64,000 bases of DNA, taken from assembly GCA_030141605.1 (NCBI GenBank), contig JAQGDQ010002380.1, forward strand, positions 62,001 to 126,000, given 5' to 3'. A program made the translations under genes and the position numbers. Below, one piece after another: positions 49,051 through 64,000 of the stretch (its first letter is position 1; every line of letters starts with the position of its first letter). Source of the DNA: Tubiluchus corallicola (lineage: Eukaryota; Animalia; Priapulida). A model generated the notes under the pieces. That model was not told the origin of the DNA. It ran no database searches and saw only the letters and a list, made by a program, of their open reading frames with translations.

Positions 49051-49976
49051 TAAAATGCTGGAGGTATAATACTTTTTTCGTAATGCTGAAAATGAAGTAA
49101 TGAATTGTATTTTCGACTATTAACACAGTGGCTTGCTCAGTGCTGTGTTATCTCCCGGAAACTCTATATCGAAGACAAAACCGACTGCAATTCTTTTAAC
49201 ACGTTAGTCTATTCAGGTATGTTAATTTAGTCTTTTTATTTTATTTAATTAGCTTTTATTCTGGGAAGACTTATTGCATAGTGATTGGTTTTTCTTTCTA
49301 TTCAGTCGTGGTAATTTTTTATAGCTTGTTATATTTTAAATCAATGATGTTTTGCTTTTCATTTTCTTTTTTTCACTCTGGTGACCTACTGCCTTAACAT
49401 TTTATCTGTAATATTCATCTGATGAGGCCGTTAGGACGAAAACTCCTGAAATAAATAAGTAATCTATTGTGAGATTATAAAGTGCATTCAACGTTTTATT
49501 CAGGCTAAAGATGGCAAGCCTCATGCGCATTTTTTTCACATTTTAGATGATTTAAAAAATTTGGCGCACGTTATTCCAAAACCGGTAGCCCTTAAAACAG
49601 CGCCCTCTTGCCCACGTATAAAACAAGTCTAGCATGACCTTGTACTTCAGTAGTCCACTCATAAGTGAGCTTAAAAATAGGTTTATTTCCGAATTTGCGA
49701 GTGCCGTTGCGCTCAGTTAAAGCTTGCTTGTGAGTCTTGTACATAACAGGCAGTACTGCTTAGCAATAAACAGTCAAATCTCGATATTAGCGTTGATTAC
49801 ATCATTTAAATGTGTTGATTTACATCTACAAACGTTATATTGTAGACACGTGTATAAAAAACACGTCTTCAAAATTAGTGCGACGCTTTCAAATATCCCA
49901 AGCGGCCAAGGCAGTGAAATCTATTTTTAAAAAAATTGCAGTCTGTTGTGTTTAATGCAGCAACATCGACATTAGC

Positions 49977-58009
<8,033 letters not shown>

Positions 58010-58956
58010 AGTGTCGAACACCCACAAGTACAAGAGTTTCATATGAAAATCTGCATGATTGTTCATGCAACGTAGGGTCAAGCGGTAAGGGGCTAGGCGC
58101 CTAGAGGAGAAGTTTCAGATGCAAAAGCAGGAACTTTTGCCATGGGAGGAATTCGGTCAGACGAAGAACTCTAATCTGGGGGGAAATGTATTCTATGCAC
58201 TGTGTATACACCTATACTTAACCAAATGAACTGCTGCTAATATACACAAGTTAGTAAGCTGCGTGCAGACGAAAGTTAGAATTAAAACACATTGAAGTTT
58301 TGTGAAGATTTAATTAACTATCATCTTTTTCTATTAATGCACTTAAACATTGAAGTTTTGTGATGATTCAATTAACTATCATCTTTTTTCTATTAATGCA
58401 CTTAAAAAGAGGAGCTTTAAACTTGTAATTCTTTAGCAACTCATTTGGACATTAAATCATGTACATGTTTTATGACGAATTAAAATACTGATTTCGTTTT
58501 TCATTTGATTTAACTAATTCAAGATTAAAGTTGTTTTAATAATTAAAGTGCAGAGGCAGAAAAATTAATGGAGTAAATTTAGGAAACCAGGAATCGCAAA
58601 GGTTGGCATGCGAATCAGAGCTCCGAGCGTCATTGGCTGGGGAATTGAACAAATACAGATGTTTCCAGAGCAAGGGTATACCTTGTTTTAGTCCTTTATT
58701 TCAAATACACGTTTTACGTAGCTTGATAGATATCCAACTCTAGAATGTAAATAAATAATAGACAGCAAATCATGTGTTCCAGTAAAAATGACAAAGAAAA
58801 ATTATTAAAACACGGAAGACTACAATGAAATTATATTTGTTGTAGTTTTAATTATTATATATATATATAATTGTTATAATATATATATATATATAAATAT
58901 TAGAAACCTAAATAATTACTGTTTAAATATAAATAAAAATAAAACGATGGGATGCT

Positions 58957-60259
58957 TTATCCTTTGATCTGAGGTCTGACAACTGTATAATTCTCGTCAA
59001 CGCAACACGCCTTGCAAGTATCACAAGCCCTGGAATAAGAAAAAAAACCGTCTAATTATTATTAATAAAATTGGATACTTTTAAACTGTTGATGTGTATC
59101 GATATTTTTATCATTTAACCGTTACATAGGATAAATGGTTGGGGCTTTCTGACAGTCTATTGTGGCTTTTTGACAATCTATTGTGGCTTTCTGACAATCT
59201 ATATTTAGAGGTCATCTGATGCAACCGTAACCTGCAAAATTACAACCGTTAAAACAAAAAACCAAACAAACACAAAAACAAACAAATAAACAAACAGCAG
59301 ACACAAACACACAAATAAACAAACAGACAAACAAGCAAGCAAACAGCTAAAACAAAAGCCAAATTCCCATGCAGAGATTAAAAAGTCCTATTCAAAGTCC
59401 TATTCAATTTATTGTACTTACGATTTGATACTTACACACATTTCTCATGATATCCACACTGCTTAATTCTGGGATCGCATGGCCACACAAAACAGTAATA
59501 CGTAACTGGAGCCCAACAACCTGTAACCAAGAAAACTCCTTTTACGAGTGTCGTGGTGGCTGTCTCTCTGCCGGAGTGCACCACCATAATGGACGTTCTC
59601 TATTACTTAATAAACATTTCCGAAATTTAACAACAATTACGACGTATCTGAACTGAAAACGTAGGTGGAAGTTCAAAACAAACAAGCGTAGGAGCGATTA
59701 GATGTAAGTAACCTCTTGCAAAAGTAATTCACCATTTGTTTTGATCCCGTTAATAGTAAGTGCATTTAATCTAGACAACGGAATTCTAATTTATCACTGT
59801 AACAACTTGAAAGAACAGTACTCACCGCTTAGGAGACATTCATTTTCTGGTGGATGTTTCAATTTATCAAAAAAACTTGCAGCTGTCACTTCTAAATTAA
59901 AAAACACCAAACCGTATTACTGTAAGTTATGTACGTCTATACTGTACGGTACTTGTCAAAAAACTTTCAGTTGTCACTTGTAAATTAAAACTACCATACC
60001 GTATTACTGTAAGTTATGTATGTCTATACTGTACGGTACTTGTCAAAAAACTTTTCGTTGTCACTTCTAAATTAAAAAAACACCAAAGAGTATTACTCTA
60101 AGTTATTCTTAACAAGTCTATAGATACTGTACGTATAGAACATAGATTCGTATAGAATACTATGATTTCAAATTATAATAATGCAAACTTACCGTATCCT
60201 AAGTTAGCAACTAGCCCCACAAAAACACAAACCATGAAAATTGTCTTTGACGAATCCAT
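58957..60259 (-). CDS. Small secreted cysteine-rich peptide precursor, 96 aa, 10 Cys in the mature region
   Basis: Exons 60259-60193, 59891-59826, 59520-59436, 59029-58957 with donors GTAAGT/GTGAGT/GTAAGT and pyrimidine-rich acceptors. They total 291 nt in frame: MDSSKTIFMVCVFVGLVANLGYEVTAASFFDKLKHPPENECLLSGCWAPVTYYCFVWPCDPRIKQCGYHEKCVACDTCKACCVDENYTVVRPQIKG*. TATA-like TATATATA near 60428-60435. Confidence 0.75.
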
Positions 60260-60736
60260 TTCAAAATGTCTTGCAACGTTGTTGGCGTATAAATGTTTCT
60301 TAATTCAATTTCTGAAATTCAGTGTCTTTATGAATTCATTTACGACTGTACGTTGAGGTAACATACGTCCTGCAGTCTTGCTTCGACAGTAAACTATCGC
60401 ATTAAATGTTCAAGGGTATGAGGGCTGTATATATACGTAATTCATACAAGACTCGTGCTCACAAACAACAACATACAATAGTTTGTGGAACAGGATGCTG
60501 GTGTTTCCTTTTAGCTATTTAACTACTCACGACTACATGTAGTGTAATAACTGATCCGTGTAGCTTCTGAGAGCTCAAAAAGTTGTTACGTACGTAGCCT
60601 TTCTGCATCACAATTTTCTTAAGTATAGACCTACATTTATTAGAAACGAAAATACTTCGCTCAGACGGAAACTTGTAAACACAAAACATCACAGACATTT
60701 TAATAGTCCAGCAGGGAACATCTCTTTGTTCATTGC

Positions 60737-61075
60737 CATCACCACTACATTCACTAACAGCATCACCATCACCATCATCGTCGTCGTCATCATCAACAAC
60801 GACAACGACAACAGCAGCAGTAACAACAACAATAACATCATCGTGGTCATCAGCATCATCATCATCATCAACGACAACGACAATAACAACAACAGCAGCA
60901 GCAACAACAATAACAATAACATCGTCGTGGTCATCAGCATCATCATCATCATCCTCACCATCATCATCAACGACAACAACAACAACAGCAGCAGCAGCAG
61001 CAGCAACAACAACAACAATAACCTCGTCGTGGTCATCAGCATCATCATCATCATCATGATTGACGATAACAACAG
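60737..61075. repeat. Compound (CAT/CAA/CAG)n low-complexity repeat with 3 higher-order units
   Basis: Visible; TCGTGGTCATCAGCATCATC recurs three times. Confidence 0.9.
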
Positions 61076-61720
61076 GTACATTCGTGGGCATTGCTTAAGG
61101 TACTATGAGGCCAACCCTTATGTACATAAATGATAAAAAACCATCAAACATAATTATTAGAATCTATAGTTTAACGAGTGATTATTATTTTTCTAAAACG
61201 TCACGGATATTAACATTCTGTACAGGAAAACAATCAAAGCTATACATAACAAAACTAATTCCTCATAATCAGGCTGACTTGAGCCAGTAATATAGCAAAT
61301 TATGTTCAAAAAACACAGTGAAATTGTCAACGAATTACAGATTATTTAATACATGATACTTAATCAATAGATAATTAACGTTTAATAAAATTAATTTACT
61401 GTCAGTAATTGTCAAAGAGTTTCGTTCACCAACTTAAGAAAACGAAACAAACACTGCACAAACCGTTTAAACAAATTAAACTGCATACAGTTTTTCGCTG
61501 TTCAGAAACTGAGGTTTACATTACCAAAATTATTATGCTTAATGAATGAATAGTTTAATAATACTTGTTAATGAAGTATAGAGTTACCATAATAAAAAGT
61601 CATCAATCATCGAAAAACATGCTTTCAACGATTGTTGGCCATCTTTATTACACTAAACTGCGTTCAAAATCAAGTAGTCGAATATTTTAACCACTTATCG
61701 TGAATCCACTTTGTTGCGTA

Positions 61721-62122
61721 CAGGGGCGTATCAATACTTTACAGCGTCCTAGGCTGATTATTCTGTCTGGTCCATTTCTATTGCGAACTTATATAATGAG
61801 CACGATAAACAATTACTTGTGGTGTATTAGAAACACTATTAACCTAGTTTTACGTGGTCATTATTATTAACATGTATTTGCACAGCGCAGGCTGCGCAAC
61901 TGCTTTTTGTGTAATACCTTGCACCTGTTCGTTATGTGGCACTTATATAAAAGTTGCTCTCACTAATATAAAATGATGTATTAGAAAATGCGCCCTTTAC
62001 ATGAATATGAAAGTACACACATTTTCCAAGTAAAATAAGAATTTTTTCTAAAACGTGACGCTCTTCGGACCTTTGGCGCCCTAGGCTTTAGCCTAGTTAG
62101 CCTATTTGTTAATACGCCCATT
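61721..62122. mobile_element. MITE-like element (CAGGGGCGTA...TACGCCCA)
   Basis: Short imperfect TIRs and GCCTAG sub-terminal motifs. TSD uncertain. Confidence 0.45.
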
Positions 62123-62129
62123 ATTGTAT

Positions 62130-62990
62130 ACAATGTCTGCGAGCAAACAAGAAAAGAACATTACGTTAAAATTGCAACCCAACATAAATCATCACAATTA
62201 TTTTGCAACGTGAAAGACCTGCCTACTACACAAATACAAACTTTATCGTGAACTACATAAGTTATCAAAGCACGCAAGAAAAGCCTGCCACATTGATTCG
62301 GAATTCAAGAGATGATTTCGTCTTAAATGAATTCTACAAAATTTATAATGTAATATTCTCTCAAGTATGGGCCATAATCGTAATGACATAGTAGCTAAAA
62401 CTCTGATCAATACATATTGTCTACCCAATGTCTACCATACATATTTGTTATACGGATGCGAAATTGGGGGTATATCAGACAATGAAGTTAATGCCATTAG
62501 GGTAAAATGGAACACTGCTTATAGAAAAATATTCGATTTTAGACAAAATGAAAGCGTCAAATTGTTAATGTATTTTTGTGGCGCATTGCCTGCGAGTTAT
62601 TTAGTAGATAGTCGAAAATTAAACTTTGTGAGAAAAATTGTAAACTCCTGCACATTGAGAATTCCAAAGCCATGCTACTATGTAAATAACAGTCAAGTAA
62701 CTTTAAGATTTAAACATGGTTGTACTGTAGCTCTAAATCCTAAACGAAAATGTAAAATTAAAGGTTAAGAACTCATTTAAAGATTATGTTTTAAGATATC
62801 TATTATAGCTCCTTACAACACTGTATAATGTAATATAATTACAAGGGAACTACAATGTGTGGTTATTATAAAGTTGAATGTCTGTAGATATGTTATTTTA
62901 CTAATATCGCATTACCTGTTTTACTAACATTTTTATCTTTGTGAGCTGTATATTTTTTATACGAAATAAACTCATAATAACAATAATAAT
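62130..62990 (+). mobile_element. 3' fragment of a non-LTR retrotransposon
   Basis: Post-RT-like peptide LINTYCLP..LLYGCEI..WNTAYRKIF..ESVK, then AATAAA and a (TAA)n tail at 62965-62990. Confidence 0.7.
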
Positions 62991-63943
62991 TGTAAGTTTC
63001 TGTGAAATAATAGTTAAGTTGAAAAGAATTTGGCAGTAGCTATTCACACACTTGCGGGGCAGGCGGGGCAGAGGACACAATCGATTACAGTGCCATGCCC
63101 ACAGTGGCTATTTTGGATGGCATCAAGAAAACTTAACACACAGTATTATAAGACATAATAATATTTACATTTCAGACTTGCACTGGCATTATCATGCCAC
63201 GCAAGTTAGTTTATCAACAGTTTCACGACATTCTTCACATTTTACTTCGCAACACCATTCGAATTTACAATTGCAGCTTGTAAACAGTTGCAGGGTCTGT
63301 CGGCGAACTTTCAAACCGCAGTTTTTACACAAGGTTTTACAGCTTCGTCTCTCTGATTGTGAAATTTCTTTTCCCTTTCGTTTAGAGCAAAGCCTGCCCG
63401 CTGTTCCAACATGTCCTGTAATTCATTGAAAGCCACATAAATTTGTATTGTGAACTGATACACATTTGTCTTAAAAAAACCCAAGAATGCAGCGACAATA
63501 AGATCAAGATTAAGCTTATAGTTATGAGAACTTTTTTACCTATTCTAAATTTGACAGTACATGTTTACGTCATGATACTTTTATTAATTTAGCAAACTGA
63601 TAAATGTGCATCAGCGCTTGGTATTAAAAATAAAATTTATTATGTGAAGAAAGACTTTGTTCATCTAACTGGGCACCAAGTCAAAGGATGTAATAATCAT
63701 TATGCTATATATGGGTCGCAGAAACAGAGGCTTAAAAGTTTAGCACCAAAACGCCAAAAGATTGAGTTCAACTAACGAAACGGTTAAACATCTCGCATAA
63801 AAAAGCTAAACAAGAAACTTCATGACCCATTTGTTACTGTCAATGAAAAATGATAGGAATGCTTACAGAAAGCCGCGATTTTGTTTCAATATAAATATAT
63901 GCATAACCTGTATTCTGAGGATTACCCACATATCACAATACCG

Positions 63944-64000
63944 AAAGTAAAGTAAAGTAAAGTAAAGTAAAGTAAAGTAAAGTAAAGTAAAGTAAAGTAA
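63944..64000. repeat. (AAAGT)n microsatellite running off the window
   Basis: Visible perfect repeat. Confidence 0.95.

Noticed and set aside
60519-61133. Asp/Val-rich and poly-Thr/Ser ORFs resembling acidic biomineral proteins
   Set aside because: Compound trinucleotide microsatellite open in several frames, with no signal peptide or splice support.

Overview
This is AT-rich, intron-containing animal (invertebrate) genomic DNA; the 5S rRNA looks lophotrochozoan/mollusc-like, which is an inference. From left to right: (1) the 3' part of a GH18 chitinase(-like) gene whose last exon encodes a 41-copy 14-aa His/Glu/Tyr/Pro tandem repeat followed by a CBM14 chitin-binding domain; (2) two minus-strand secreted low-complexity proteins (Tyr/His/Gly-rich ~200 aa, Gly/Tyr/Arg-rich 103 aa) with similar signal peptides; (3) a small, broken 5S rDNA array in two blocks, with a degenerate 5S half in each spacer, a BEL/Pao fragment, a retroposon insertion and a 17-bp satellite starting inside a truncated 5S gene; (4) a partial C-type lectin gene; (5) three 6-exon clan-2 cytochrome P450 paralogs (two head-to-head, one apparently disrupted in exon 3); (6) a 4-exon gene for a small secreted 10-Cys peptide that the ORF track misses. 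MITEs, LINE fossils and micro/minisatellites are frequent. Best candidate for a new system: a clustered set of genes for a chitin-based hardened tissue (His-rich chitinase-like scaffold plus Tyr/Gly-rich matrix proteins). All gene models were read by eye from splice signals and frame; none has transcript support here.
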